This document shows positions 1 through 9,019 of a stretch of DNA of 64,000 nucleotides, in pieces. The notes below the pieces were generated by a model, which was given only the letters and a program-made list of their open reading frames with translations, was not told where the DNA came from and made no database searches. Position numbers and translations under genes: made by a program. Source of the DNA: Desulfarculia bacterium. Its GTDB lineage: Bacteria > Desulfobacterota > Desulfarculia > Adiutricales > JAGVGV01. Numbering within the stretch: the stretch's first letter is position 1; the number at the start of each line of letters is the position of its first letter. The stretch spans positions 2,560,249 through 2,624,248 of the forward strand of contig OY759590.1 in assembly GCA_963662445.1 (NCBI GenBank), read 5' to 3'.

Positions 1-1859
1 GGGCCTTGGCGTTAACCTCGGACATGACCTGAGGCGTCGCGCCCCTCGCGGGCGCGTGGATTGAAACCCACCTGCCCCTCTACGATGTTGTACCCAGGCG
101 AACGTCGCGCCCCTCGCGGGCGCGTGGATTGAAACGTACTCGCGCAGGTCCACCGACCGGCGGCTGAAGGTCGCGCCCCTCGCGGGCGCGTGGATTGAAA
201 CACAATTGGTAGCCGAAGCCCGCGGACGGCGTCGTCCCGTCGCGCCCCTCGCGGGCGCGTGGATTGAAACAATCGACGTAAACAATCCGGCATTAAAAAA
301 TCTCAGGTCGCGCCCCTCGCGGGCGCGTGGATTGAAACAAAAACCCTGTCAATATGCCAGTAAGGGAGTTTTGTCGCGCCCCTCGCGGGCGCGTGGATTG
401 AAACCGAGCGGCAACAGGTCGGTATGAACAACCCGCTCGAGTCGCGCCCCTCGCGGGCGCGTGGATTGAAACATGCAGGTCCGGGCGGATGAGGGAGGAG
501 CGGCCCGTCGCGCCCCTCGCGGGCGCGTGGATTGAAACTGTCATTGCCCATTTTGGCCAACTGAACAGTATCGTCGCGCCCCTCGCGGGCGCGTGGATTG
601 AAACAAACGGGAACTTGATGAACTGCTGTTTGAAGCCAGTCGCGCCCCTCACGGGCGCGTGGATTGAAACGTCATAGAACCCCTGATAGTAGGCCAGCAG
701 TTGGTCGCGCCCCTCGCGGGCGCGTGGATTGAAACGGGGGCTGAGCGTTCGGGGGCGGCTGGAGTTTCGCGTCGCGCCCCTCGCGGGCGCGTGGATTGAA
801 ACTTTGTGGACATTTCCCGCGATGCAGACGCCTATCTGTCGCGCCCCTCGCGGGCGCGTGGATTGAAACTGCTCGACCGGCTCAATGCCCGCCGAAGCAA
901 GGCGCGTCGCGCCCCTCGCGGGCGCGTGGATTGAAACTCCTGCACCCCGTCGATGATCGGCTGCCCGGTGGGTCGCGCCCCTCGCGGGCGCGTGGATTGA
1001 AACATTCATACAAGAGATGGCCTCCGGGCATGTTGGGTCGCGCCCCTCGCGGGCGCGTGGATTGAAACAAACAGAGACGACGGCACCTGGCGGACGCCTG
1101 AATTGTCGCGCCCCTCGCGGGCGCGTGGATTGAAACCCAAAGTCGGGCGGATGGTGCTGGTACCACCATGTCGCGCCCCTCGCGGGCGCGTGGATTGAAA
1201 CGAAATAGACGACATCTCCGAACAGGGATCAACCGGTCGCGCCCCTCGCGGGCGCGTGGATTGAAACAACCTCATACCATCGTACCGGCGAGGATTGAGA
1301 CCGTCGCGCCCCTCGCGGGCGCGTGGATTGAAACATTTTTTGCACGGTCGGGGCCGGTCTAATTGGACGTCGCGCCCCTCGCGGGCGCGTGGATTGAAAC
1401 GCTAATAATAATCAGGAGGTAACAAATGGAAAGGTCGCGCCCCTCGCGGGCGCGTGGATTGAAACTTCTGACAACCCATACGGCCTTGCCGATTGACAGT
1501 CGCGCCCCTCGCGGGCGCGTGGATTGAAACCAGAACCTGGGCGATTCAACTTGCCGGGTATGGGGTCGCGCCCCTCGCGGGCGCGTGGATTGAAACCTGG
1601 ATGCCCTGGAACGTAACGCCTACGGCTTGGTCGCGCCCCTCGCGGGCGCGTGGATTGAAACCGGTTAAGCTGGCTCAGGGCCAGGACCGGCGCGGTCGCG
1701 CCCCTCGCGGGCGCGTGGATTGAAACCGGCAGTATGATGGCGGCGCGTCCGAGGCCGACTGTCGCGCCCCTCGCGGGCGCGTGGATTGAAACTAAGGAAT
1801 TATCGGGATATGGGTCTATGTCATCATGTCGCGCCCCTCGCGGGCGCGTGAATTGAAAC
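1..1859 (+). CRISPR. CRISPR array: 28 copies of a 32-nt repeat, 27 complete spacers of 33-37 nt; open at the left window edge
   Basis: The repeat GTCGCGCCCCTCGCGGGCGCGTGGATTGAAAC starts at 36, 104, 170, 239, 307, 373, 441, 507, 573, 639, 704, 771, 838, 906, 972, 1037, 1105, 1170, 1236, 1303, 1369, 1434, 1499, 1565, 1630, 1695, 1761 and 1828. Its internal palindrome (GCGCCC..GGGCGC) and 3' ATTGAAAC match my recollection of subtype I-C repeats. The repeat at 639 carries CTCACGGG. The last repeat, at 1828, carries GTGAATTGAAAC, i.e. a degenerate trailer repeat, so the leader and cas genes should lie left of the window. Confidence 0.97.
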
Positions 1860-1927
1860 AACCGTTGCGACAGCCGCCGGGCCATGTTCAGGCCCATCCG
1901 GCCCAGTCCGATCATGCCGAGACGCAT
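1860..1927 (-). pseudogene. 5' stub (about 22 codons) of a 6-phosphogluconate / 3-hydroxyisobutyrate dehydrogenase-family gene, ending at the terminal CRISPR repeat
   Basis: The minus strand reads AAGGAGG-N6-ATG and then MRLGMIGLGRMGLNMARRLSQRL. This is a GxGxxG Rossmann N-terminus typical of gnd-like NAD(P) dehydrogenases. The reading frame then runs straight into repeat sequence, and no remainder of the gene is present in the window. Confidence 0.6.
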
Positions 1928-2230
1928 GGAATACCTCCTTGGATGTATGCCGATTGAATACCCATGATAACCTTTTAATAAAGAGAATGCCAAGGGGTGT
2001 ATGCGGGGAAATGGGCCATGCTATCTCCGTTCAGGGAGATACTATACAGGGCCTATGTTCTGGGGCCTGCATTCGTCGCCGGGAAAATGATTGTATCGTT
2101 GATATTGATGCGTTATGGTATGCGGCAAAATATTTGACTTTCGCATGCGTTACCAGTTATGCATGCTGTTAGGACGAAGAACAGTCGTGACAATAAGAAA
2201 CGTATACTGCGGGTGGTCAAAGGCTGAATA

Positions 2231-3106
2231 ATGTCCGTAAAAGGTATCATATTGGCTGGCGGGAGCGGGTCTCGCCTTTATCCCATAACCATGGTTACGT
2301 CAAAGCAGTTGCTGCCTGTTTATGACAAGCCCATGGTCTATTATCCTCTGTCCGTGCTCATGCTTGCCGGAATCAGGGATATTCTGATTATTACAACGCC
2401 CAAGGACAGGCTGCGGTTCGCCGACCTTTTGGGCGATGGACAACAGTTGGGGCTCAACTTTTCCTATGCGGAGCAAGCCGTTCCACGGGGGCTGGTTGAC
2501 GCTTTCCTGATTGGCGAGAAATTTGTCGGAAACTCCCGGGTCGCCCTGGCTCTGGGGGACAATATATTCTATGGGGGCAGCTTCAGACCCCGATTGGAAC
2601 GGGCTGCGGGCAAGGAACGGGGCGCAACCATATTCGGTTACCCGGTTGAAGACCCCGTGCGTTATGGTGTTGTCGAGTTTGATGAAAAATTTCGCGTAGT
2701 ATCGCTGGAGGAGAAGCCTGCTTCGCCCAAAAGCAATTTCGCCGTAACCGGACTGTATTTTTACGACAATGAAGTGGTGTCGCTGGCCAAGACGATCAAG
2801 CCATCCGAAAGAGGCGAACTGGAGATAACGGATCTCAACAGGATATATTTACAGAACGGATTGCTGGATGTCGAACTGTTGGGCCGGGGATTTGCCTGGT
2901 TTGACGCCGGAACCCATGAGAGCCTGCTGGACGCCTCTCAATTCGTGGAAACAATAGAAAAGAGGCAAGGCCTGAAGATTGCCTGCCTTGAAGAGATAGC
3001 CTGGAGTTCCGGGTGGATCGATTCCGAACAGGTGTTGCGGCTGGCTGCCACGATGTCTGTAAACGGCTATGGAAAATATCTGAGAAAGATGGTTGGTTCG
3101 CGGTGA
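2231..3106 (+). CDS. rfbA: glucose-1-phosphate thymidylyltransferase
   Basis: N-terminus [35 protein letters not shown], and the full-length 291-aa RmlA-like sequence. Confidence 0.93.
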   Translation: MSVKGIILAGGSGSRLYPITMVTSKQLLPVYDKPMVYYPLSVLMLAGIRDILIITTPKDRLRFADLLGDGQQLGLNFSYAEQAVPRGLVDAFLIGEKFVGNSRVALALGDNIFYGGSFRPRLERAAGKERGATIFGYPVEDPVRYGVVEFDEKFRVVSLEEKPASPKSNFAVTGLYFYDNEVVSLAKTIKPSERGELEITDLNRIYLQNGLLDVELLGRGFAWFDAGTHESLLDASQFVETIEKRQGLKIACLEEIAWSSGWIDSEQVLRLAATMSVNGYGKYLRKMVGSR

Positions 3107-4155
3107 TCGGCGGCAGTATTCTGATTACCGGCGGTGCTGGGTTTATAGGGTCGAATTTCGTCGCCTATTATCTGGATAAGCACCCCCAGGCAACAGTGGT
3201 GAATCTGGACAAATTGACGTATGCCGGGGACATGAAAAACCTGGAGGAACTCCGGGGCGATCCCAGGCACATATTTGTGCAGGGAGATGTCGGCAACAGG
3301 GAACTGGTCGAATTCCTGTTCATCACCCACGACATCAGGGGAGTCATCCATTTCGCCGCCGAGAGCCACGTGGACAATTCCATCGCCGGACCGGAAATTT
3401 TTGTCAGAACCAATGTCAATGGAGTTTTCACTCTGCTGGATGTGGCCAGGCGCTTCTGGATGGAGAAGCCTTTCGCCTGCAAGGCCGGTTATGAAAACTG
3501 CCGTTTTCACAATATCAGCACGGATGAGGTTTACGGTTCTCTGGGACAGCAGGGGTTCTTCACGGAAACTTCACCATATGCTCCTAACAGCCCGTACAGC
3601 GCCACCAAGGCTGCCGGCGACATGCTGGTGAGAAGTTTTCATCACACTTACGGACTGAATGCGGTTATTTCCAACTGTTCCAATAATTACGGACCGAAAC
3701 AGCACGATGAGAAGCTGATTCCTACCGTCATCAGGAGCGCTCTGCAGGGAAGCCCCATACCAATTTACGGAGACGGAAAAAACGTCCGGGACTGGCTCTA
3801 TGTCCTTGATCACTGCCGGGGCATAGATTCCGTCTACCACCATGGCCGGGCGGGGGAGACGTATAACATCGGCGGCCGCAATGAGCGCAGCAACAACGAA
3901 CTGGCCGTGAGCATCTGTCGTTGCTTGGACAGATTAAATCCTCGCCCGGACGGTGGAAGCTATGAAGAGCAGATCACCTACGTGGCGGACCGGCCTGGCC
4001 ACGACCGGCGTTATGCCATCGACGCGGCCAAGATAGAAGGCGAACTGGGCTGGCAGGCTGAAGAGAGCCTGGAAACCGGGATGGAAAAAACCGTCGCCTG
4101 GTATCTGGCCAAGTATAAGGGGCAGGATGCCGGCCTGCGCCAAAGAGACAATTGA
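3103..4155 (+). CDS. rfbB: dTDP-glucose 4,6-dehydratase
   Basis: [21 protein letters not shown] and YSATKAA motifs of RmlB. I chose the GTG at 3103, which overlaps the rfbA stop (GTGA). The 3013 ATG of the ORF track lies inside rfbA. Confidence 0.92.
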   Translation: MIGGSILITGGAGFIGSNFVAYYLDKHPQATVVNLDKLTYAGDMKNLEELRGDPRHIFVQGDVGNRELVEFLFITHDIRGVIHFAAESHVDNSIAGPEIFVRTNVNGVFTLLDVARRFWMEKPFACKAGYENCRFHNISTDEVYGSLGQQGFFTETSPYAPNSPYSATKAAGDMLVRSFHHTYGLNAVISNCSNNYGPKQHDEKLIPTVIRSALQGSPIPIYGDGKNVRDWLYVLDHCRGIDSVYHHGRAGETYNIGGRNERSNNELAVSICRCLDRLNPRPDGGSYEEQITYVADRPGHDRRYAIDAAKIEGELGWQAEESLETGMEKTVAWYLAKYKGQDAGLRQRDN

Positions 4156-4217
4156 TCAAGTGTGCAGCCGGAAGGCGGCCCGCGGCTCCGAGCCGCCTTG
4201 CCGGGCTGAGAGATAAT

Positions 4218-4943
4218 ATGCCGCAGGACAACAAGAAAAAGGATTCAGGCCGCAAAATCGCCATCGTCCAGTCGAATTACATCCCCTGGAAAGGTTATTT
4301 CGACATGATCGCCGCCGTGGATGAGTTCATCCTTTACGACGACATGCAATATACGAGGCGCGATTGGCGCAACCGCAACCAGATCAAGACGCCCAAAGGG
4401 CAACAATGGCTTACAGTTCCGGTCAAGGTAAAAGGTAAATATTATCAGACGATCCGCGAAACTGAAATTGATTGCACCAATTGGGCCCAAAAGCACTGGG
4501 CTACGCTTGCACTGAACTACCGCCGTGCCCCTCACTTTAAAGAAATATCCAGTATATTCGAACCATTGTATCTCGATTGCCCGCATATTTACCTGTCTGA
4601 GCTCAACCGGTCATTTATCGAGACGGTGTGCGCCTGTCTGGGTATTACCACGAAAATAAGCAATTCATGGGATTATGACCTGGTCGAGGGCAAGACCGAG
4701 CGGCTGGTCGACCTGTGCACCAAGGCTGGAGGGACGGAATATATCTCCGGCCCGGCGGCCAAGGATTATATCGAGGAGAAGTGTTTTGAGGAAAAAGGGA
4801 TAAAACTGACCTGGTTCGAATATGATGGCTATCCCGAGTATCCCCAATTGTGGGGGGATTTCATCCATGGGGTGACCATCCTGGACCTGCTGTTCAACTG
4901 CGGCCCGGATGCGCCCAGATACATGAAATACGTGCGCCCATGA
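4218..4943 (+). CDS. WbqC-family protein (unknown function, found in glycan clusters)
   Basis: IAIVQSNYIPWKGYFDMI..ILYDDMQYTRRDWRNRNQIKT matches my recollection of the WbqC-like family. The start was taken at the internal ATG 4218. Confidence 0.72.
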   Translation: MPQDNKKKDSGRKIAIVQSNYIPWKGYFDMIAAVDEFILYDDMQYTRRDWRNRNQIKTPKGQQWLTVPVKVKGKYYQTIRETEIDCTNWAQKHWATLALNYRRAPHFKEISSIFEPLYLDCPHIYLSELNRSFIETVCACLGITTKISNSWDYDLVEGKTERLVDLCTKAGGTEYISGPAAKDYIEEKCFEEKGIKLTWFEYDGYPEYPQLWGDFIHGVTILDLLFNCGPDAPRYMKYVRP

Positions 4944-5869
4944 AGCTATCCATTGTCTCAACTCTGTACCAGTCCGCAGCATATGTAGACCGTTTTTATG
5001 AACGGGCCAGTGTGGCCGCCCGACAATTTGCCGCTGAAGACTACGAGATCATTCTGGTGAATGACGGCTCGCCGGACAACAGCCTGGACATGGCCGTAAA
5101 ACTCACCAAAAGAGACAGTCATGTGGCTGTGGTGGACCTTTCCAGGAATTTTGGCCACCATAAGGCCATGATGACCGGTCTCGCCCATGCCCGGGGGGAT
5201 TATCTGTTTCTGATTGACAGTGATCTGGAAGAGGAGCCGGAATGGTTGAGCAGATTCGCGGAGCAGATGGCGCAGGACAAGTGCGATGTCGTGTATGGCG
5301 TGCAGGAACAGCGTAAGGGCGGCTTTAACGAGCGATGGAATGGGCTGGTATTTTATCGTCTGTTCAATGCGTTGACAGGGTTGGATATCCCTGCAAACAT
5401 TGTCACAGCCAGGCTGATGACCCGCCGCTACGTCGATGCTTTGTTGCGCCATGATGAACGCGAGGTTTTCATAGCCGGCCTTTGGCATATAACGGGCTTT
5501 GACCAGCGTTCGCAAGCAGTTCATAAGCATTCCACAAGCGAAACGACCTATACGTTTCGTCGCAAGATGTCTTTGCTTATCAATTCTGTAACCGCATTCA
5601 GCAACGTTCCGCTGATCATTATCTTTTATATCGGCATCACAATACTAACGTTGGCTGGACTTTACACTGCCTATCTAATTACAAATTGGCTTTTTTTCGC
5701 CAAACCACTAAGCGGGTGGACTTCTCTCATGGCATCTATCTGGCTGTTGGGAGGCTTGATCACTTCGTTTATTGGCGTAATAGGCATCTATCTGTCTAGG
5801 ATTTTTTCTGAAACAAAGCGGCGTCCTTACACCATCGTGAGGAAGGTTTATGGCCAAAAAGACAACTGA
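4940..5869 (+). CDS. GT2 polyprenyl-phosphate glycosyltransferase (ArnC/GtrB/DPM1-like)
   Basis: N-terminal GT-A domain (LSIVSTLY..EIILVNDGSPDNS..FLIDSDLEE) plus two C-terminal hydrophobic helices, the ArnC/GtrB architecture. The ATGA overlap with the upstream stop suggests translational coupling. Confidence 0.8.
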   Translation: MKLSIVSTLYQSAAYVDRFYERASVAARQFAAEDYEIILVNDGSPDNSLDMAVKLTKRDSHVAVVDLSRNFGHHKAMMTGLAHARGDYLFLIDSDLEEEPEWLSRFAEQMAQDKCDVVYGVQEQRKGGFNERWNGLVFYRLFNALTGLDIPANIVTARLMTRRYVDALLRHDEREVFIAGLWHITGFDQRSQAVHKHSTSETTYTFRRKMSLLINSVTAFSNVPLIIIFYIGITILTLAGLYTAYLITNWLFFAKPLSGWTSLMASIWLLGGLITSFIGVIGIYLSRIFSETKRRPYTIVRKVYGQKDN

Positions 5870-6488
5870 AATAATAACAGAAGTGGCAGAGTATTATTCT
5901 GCCAAACTTGCCGAGCATGGCCGGACGCCTCGGGGCGTAGACTGGAACGGCGAAGAAAGCCAGAGATTACGTTTTTCTCAACTAACCAAGGTAATTAACG
6001 AGACAAGCGGGTTCTCTCTCAATGACATAGGCTGCGGCTACGGTGCGCTATATGACTATTTGCAAGAGAGGTATTGCGATTTTATTTACAGAGGCTGCGA
6101 TGTTTCTTTTGATATGATTCGTGCGGCTGGAGAACGCTGGGCTGACAGTTCAGGCGTTTTTTTTGCCGTGGCTGCCGAACCTGCGAATTTTGCGGACTAC
6201 GGAATAGCCAGTGGCATTTTTAACGTGAGATTAGGGTATAGCGACGCAGAGTGGCTTGAGTATATGACGGAGATAATTGGTATTATGGACAAAACCAGCA
6301 GAAGGGGATTCGCCTTTAATTGTCTGACATCATATTCTGATGCAGATAAGAAGAAAGATTATCTTTACTATGCCGATCCCTGCGCCATGTTTGACTTCTG
6401 TAAAAAGCATTATTCACGCCAAGTTGCGCTGTTGCACGACTATGGTCTTTATGAGTTTACAATTCTGGTGAGGAAACACTCATGGTAA
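5850..6488 (+). CDS. class I SAM-dependent methyltransferase
   Basis: Motif I-like LNDIGCGYGALYDYL. Overlaps the previous gene by 20 nt. Confidence 0.65.
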   Translation: MAKKTTEIITEVAEYYSAKLAEHGRTPRGVDWNGEESQRLRFSQLTKVINETSGFSLNDIGCGYGALYDYLQERYCDFIYRGCDVSFDMIRAAGERWADSSGVFFAVAAEPANFADYGIASGIFNVRLGYSDAEWLEYMTEIIGIMDKTSRRGFAFNCLTSYSDADKKKDYLYYADPCAMFDFCKKHYSRQVALLHDYGLYEFTILVRKHSW

Positions 6489-7147
6489 ACCAGTTAGTCA
6501 TTTTTGGTGCGGGCGATATCGCCCAACTGGCCCATTACTATTTTACTACTGATTCCGACTATGAAGTTGTTGGTTTTACTGTGGATTCTGCCTACATCAA
6601 GTCGCAGAAGTTTTGCGGACTTCCGATCATACCATTTGAAGAGGTGGCAGAGACTTATCCGCCTGATAATTATACTATATTTGTTGCCCTGAGTTATTCC
6701 AAACTTAATCAAATCCGCAAGCAAAAATACCTTGATTCCAAGGCATTGGGGTATCGCCTTGCCAGTTATGTCAGTTCCCATGCCACGGTTCTTAATGATG
6801 GTAGAGTTGGGGATAACTGCTTTATTCTTGAAGACAACACTGTACAACCATTCGTCACTATCGGCAACAACGTTACTTTGTGGAGCGGTAACCATATAGG
6901 GCATCATTCCACAATAGAAGACCATTGTTTTTTGGCGTCCCATATTGTGGTTTCCGGGGGGGTGGAAATCGGCGAAGCCAGTTTCATTGGTGTTAATGCC
7001 ACACTGCGGGACCATATCAAGGTCGGGGAACGTTGCGTCATCGGCGCAGGAACGTTGATACTCTCGGATGCGGAGCCTGGAAGTGTGTACATTGGACGGG
7101 CTACGGAACGGGCCGAGATATCCAGTGACCGGCTGAAAAGATTGTGA
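6482..7147 (+). CDS. NeuD/PglD-type hexapeptide-repeat sugar acyltransferase
   Basis: N-terminal Rossmann-like LVIFGAGDIAQLAHYY..EVVGF followed by left-handed beta-helix hexapeptide repeats (IGNNVTLWSGNHIGHHSTIEDHCFLASHIVVSGGVEIGE). Confidence 0.8.
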   Translation: MVNQLVIFGAGDIAQLAHYYFTTDSDYEVVGFTVDSAYIKSQKFCGLPIIPFEEVAETYPPDNYTIFVALSYSKLNQIRKQKYLDSKALGYRLASYVSSHATVLNDGRVGDNCFILEDNTVQPFVTIGNNVTLWSGNHIGHHSTIEDHCFLASHIVVSGGVEIGEASFIGVNATLRDHIKVGERCVIGAGTLILSDAEPGSVYIGRATERAEISSDRLKRL

Positions 7148-7158
7148 GGGACTAAGTC

Positions 7159-8070
7159 TTGCATTGGAAGAAACTGGGACTGATCTATTGTCCAGAGCCC
7201 ATTCATCCTAAGCTGATCACGCATGCCGCCAATCCACTGCCGGTTTTGCTTGAAGGAGACGTATACCGTGTCTTTTTTAGTGGGAGAGACGTGGAGAACC
7301 GGTCTTCGGTAGGATTTGTTGATATGGATTTGGTCAAACGTAAGGTTATTTATGTACATGACAGACCCGTATTCACACATGGCGATGAAAACAGTTTTTT
7401 CTCCCATGGCGTTAGCATTGGGAATTGCTATACGGTGAAAGGGACCCATTTTATTTTGTTTATGGCTTGGCAATGCCCGGCGGGCAGGCATTGGCGTGGG
7501 GTAGTCGGCAGATTGGTTCTCCATGACGACTGCTCTATGACCCTAGATGGTGATCGCCCGTTCATGGAGACGGATGAGACCGATCAGGTCAGCATTTCTT
7601 ACCCCTGGGTCATCCAGGATGAAGATGGACTCTATAGAATGTACTATGGTTCTACTGTTTCTTGGGATACGGGCAACGGAGAGATGTTGCATGTGATCAA
7701 TCAGGCGAGTTCGGTTGATGGGAATCAATGGAAACGTGAAGGGCTGGCAGTGCCGTACTGTATTGGTGTGGCTCAGGCATTTTCTCGACCGACTGTTGTT
7801 GGTAATAAGAATAATGGATATCACATGTGGTTTTCCTATAGGAGTGGTGCGGGAACCACATATCGTATTGGTTATGCTTTCAGTTCAGATGGCAATGTTT
7901 GGGACATTGATTTAGAAAAAGTCGGCATTGATGTTTCCCCATCAGGTTGGGATTCCGAGATGATTGAATACCCCTTTGTTATTGATCATAAAGGCCAAAG
8001 ATACATGCTCTATAATGGGAATCATTATGGTAAGACAGGATTCGGGATTGCCGTATTGAATAATGACTAA
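7159..8070 (+). CDS. predicted five-bladed beta-propeller protein (GH32/43/130-like fold), function unknown
   Basis: 303-aa ORF with repeated W/Y-rich strand motifs (YRVFFSGRD, YRMYYGST, YHMWFSYRS, YMLYNGNHY). TTG start. The family assignment is from memory only. Confidence 0.45.
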   Translation: MHWKKLGLIYCPEPIHPKLITHAANPLPVLLEGDVYRVFFSGRDVENRSSVGFVDMDLVKRKVIYVHDRPVFTHGDENSFFSHGVSIGNCYTVKGTHFILFMAWQCPAGRHWRGVVGRLVLHDDCSMTLDGDRPFMETDETDQVSISYPWVIQDEDGLYRMYYGSTVSWDTGNGEMLHVINQASSVDGNQWKREGLAVPYCIGVAQAFSRPTVVGNKNNGYHMWFSYRSGAGTTYRIGYAFSSDGNVWDIDLEKVGIDVSPSGWDSEMIEYPFVIDHKGQRYMLYNGNHYGKTGFGIAVLNND

Positions 8071-8265
8071 TTTCCTGGAACAACACACTACTGAACTGAG
8101 TATACTCAACATAATTTGATCATTCAGTCTGGGGAAAAATGCTGATCGCGTCATCACGTAGCCATTGAATGATGTTGACCTCTTTCACTACTCAGTGCTG
8201 TAGGTGACGATGTGTTGTTAAAAAAATCAAAAATTAGTGCGTTCAATATTGAGGAGAATTTGTCG

Positions 8266-8636
8266 ATGAACAACCGATTGCTGGATCATTTATATTTCCT
8301 TTTTACGATAAGCCTAACTTCATATGGCCTTTCAATTATAAAATGGCGTATTGCCAAAGTGGGCGTTTTACCACAGGAGATGATACCCAAACTACGTTTC
8401 CTGTTGCAGATGTTTCTATATCCGCTTGTATTAGTCCGGCTATATCGCGGCCTTTTTGGCTGGCTTGGCCTGGCTGGCGGCCATGACAAAATTTGATCTT
8501 AGCTACGGCTATCCGTTTATGGGTTTGAATTTCGTGGCAGTGCTTTTACTCATCGGCATTTTTCTTGGAGAGTCCATTACCCTGACTAAGGTGGCAGTTG
8601 GTAAATCTTTGTTTAGAAATACCGTATTGGAGTAAT
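8266..8636 (+). pseudogene. frameshifted small 4-TM EamA/ArnE-ArnF-like flippase subunit
   Basis: Frame 1 (MNNRLLDHLYFLFTISLTSYGLSIIKWRIAKVG..) parallels the downstream paralogue up to about 8431-8437. Homology then continues in another frame (SGYIAAFLAGLAWLAAMTKFDLSYGYPFMGLNFVAVLLL..) to the TAA at 8634-8636. Confidence 0.6.
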
Positions 8637-8644
8637 ATCAAATC

Positions 8645-9019
8645 ATGTCGCGTTTTATTGATTATCTCTATATTTTTTCTACAGTGGGTTTTACAGCTTA
8701 CGGGCAAATAGTCATTAAGTGGCGTATCGTCAAATTCGGCCCAATGCCACCGGACTTGCTGGAAAAGGTAAAATTCCTGATATTACTTATCGTTGATCCC
8801 GTGATCTTTTCCGGTTTTGCGGCTGCATTTCTGGCTTCCCTCGCGTGGATGGCCGCCATGACCAAATTTGAACTTAGCCATGCGTATCCTTTCATGAGCC
8901 TGAATTTCGTTATTGTCCTGCTTTTGAGTGGGTGGCTTCTGAAAGAACCATTGTCGATACCCCGTATAGCGGGCGTGGGGTTGATTGTGCTGGGAACTGT
9001 GGTGGCAGCCCGTGGCTGA
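8645..9019 (+). CDS. small 4-TM EamA/ArnE-ArnF-like flippase subunit
   Basis: 124 aa with four hydrophobic segments. It is a paralogue of 8266-8636. It lies downstream of an ArnC-like GT2 and upstream of GT-C candidates. Confidence 0.62.
   Translation: MSRFIDYLYIFSTVGFTAYGQIVIKWRIVKFGPMPPDLLEKVKFLILLIVDPVIFSGFAAAFLASLAWMAAMTKFELSHAYPFMSLNFVIVLLLSGWLLKEPLSIPRIAGVGLIVLGTVVAARG

Noticed and set aside
12-1993. Many ORFs on both strands across the array, with repetitive peptides such as STRPRGAR, SIHAPARGAT and APLAGAWIET.
   Set aside because: They are translations of the CRISPR repeat in different frames. Their periodicity equals the repeat-spacer unit, so they are not genes.
2134-2163. Possible sigma-70 promoter (TTGACT-N18-TATGCA) and a search for a JUMPstart/ops element (GGCGGTAG) upstream of rfbA.
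   Set aside because: The -10 matches only 3 of 6 positions, and no ops sequence is present between 1994 and 2230. Evidence is insufficient for a feature call.
3013-3102. 5' extensions of ORFs in the track: rfbB from 3013, WbqC-like from 4152, GT2 from 4850, MttB from 50124, methyl-THF methyltransferase from 55371, and the membrane protein from 10316.
   Set aside because: The extensions lie inside the upstream gene or lack homology. Internal starts with an RBS or stop-start overlap fit the conserved N-termini better.
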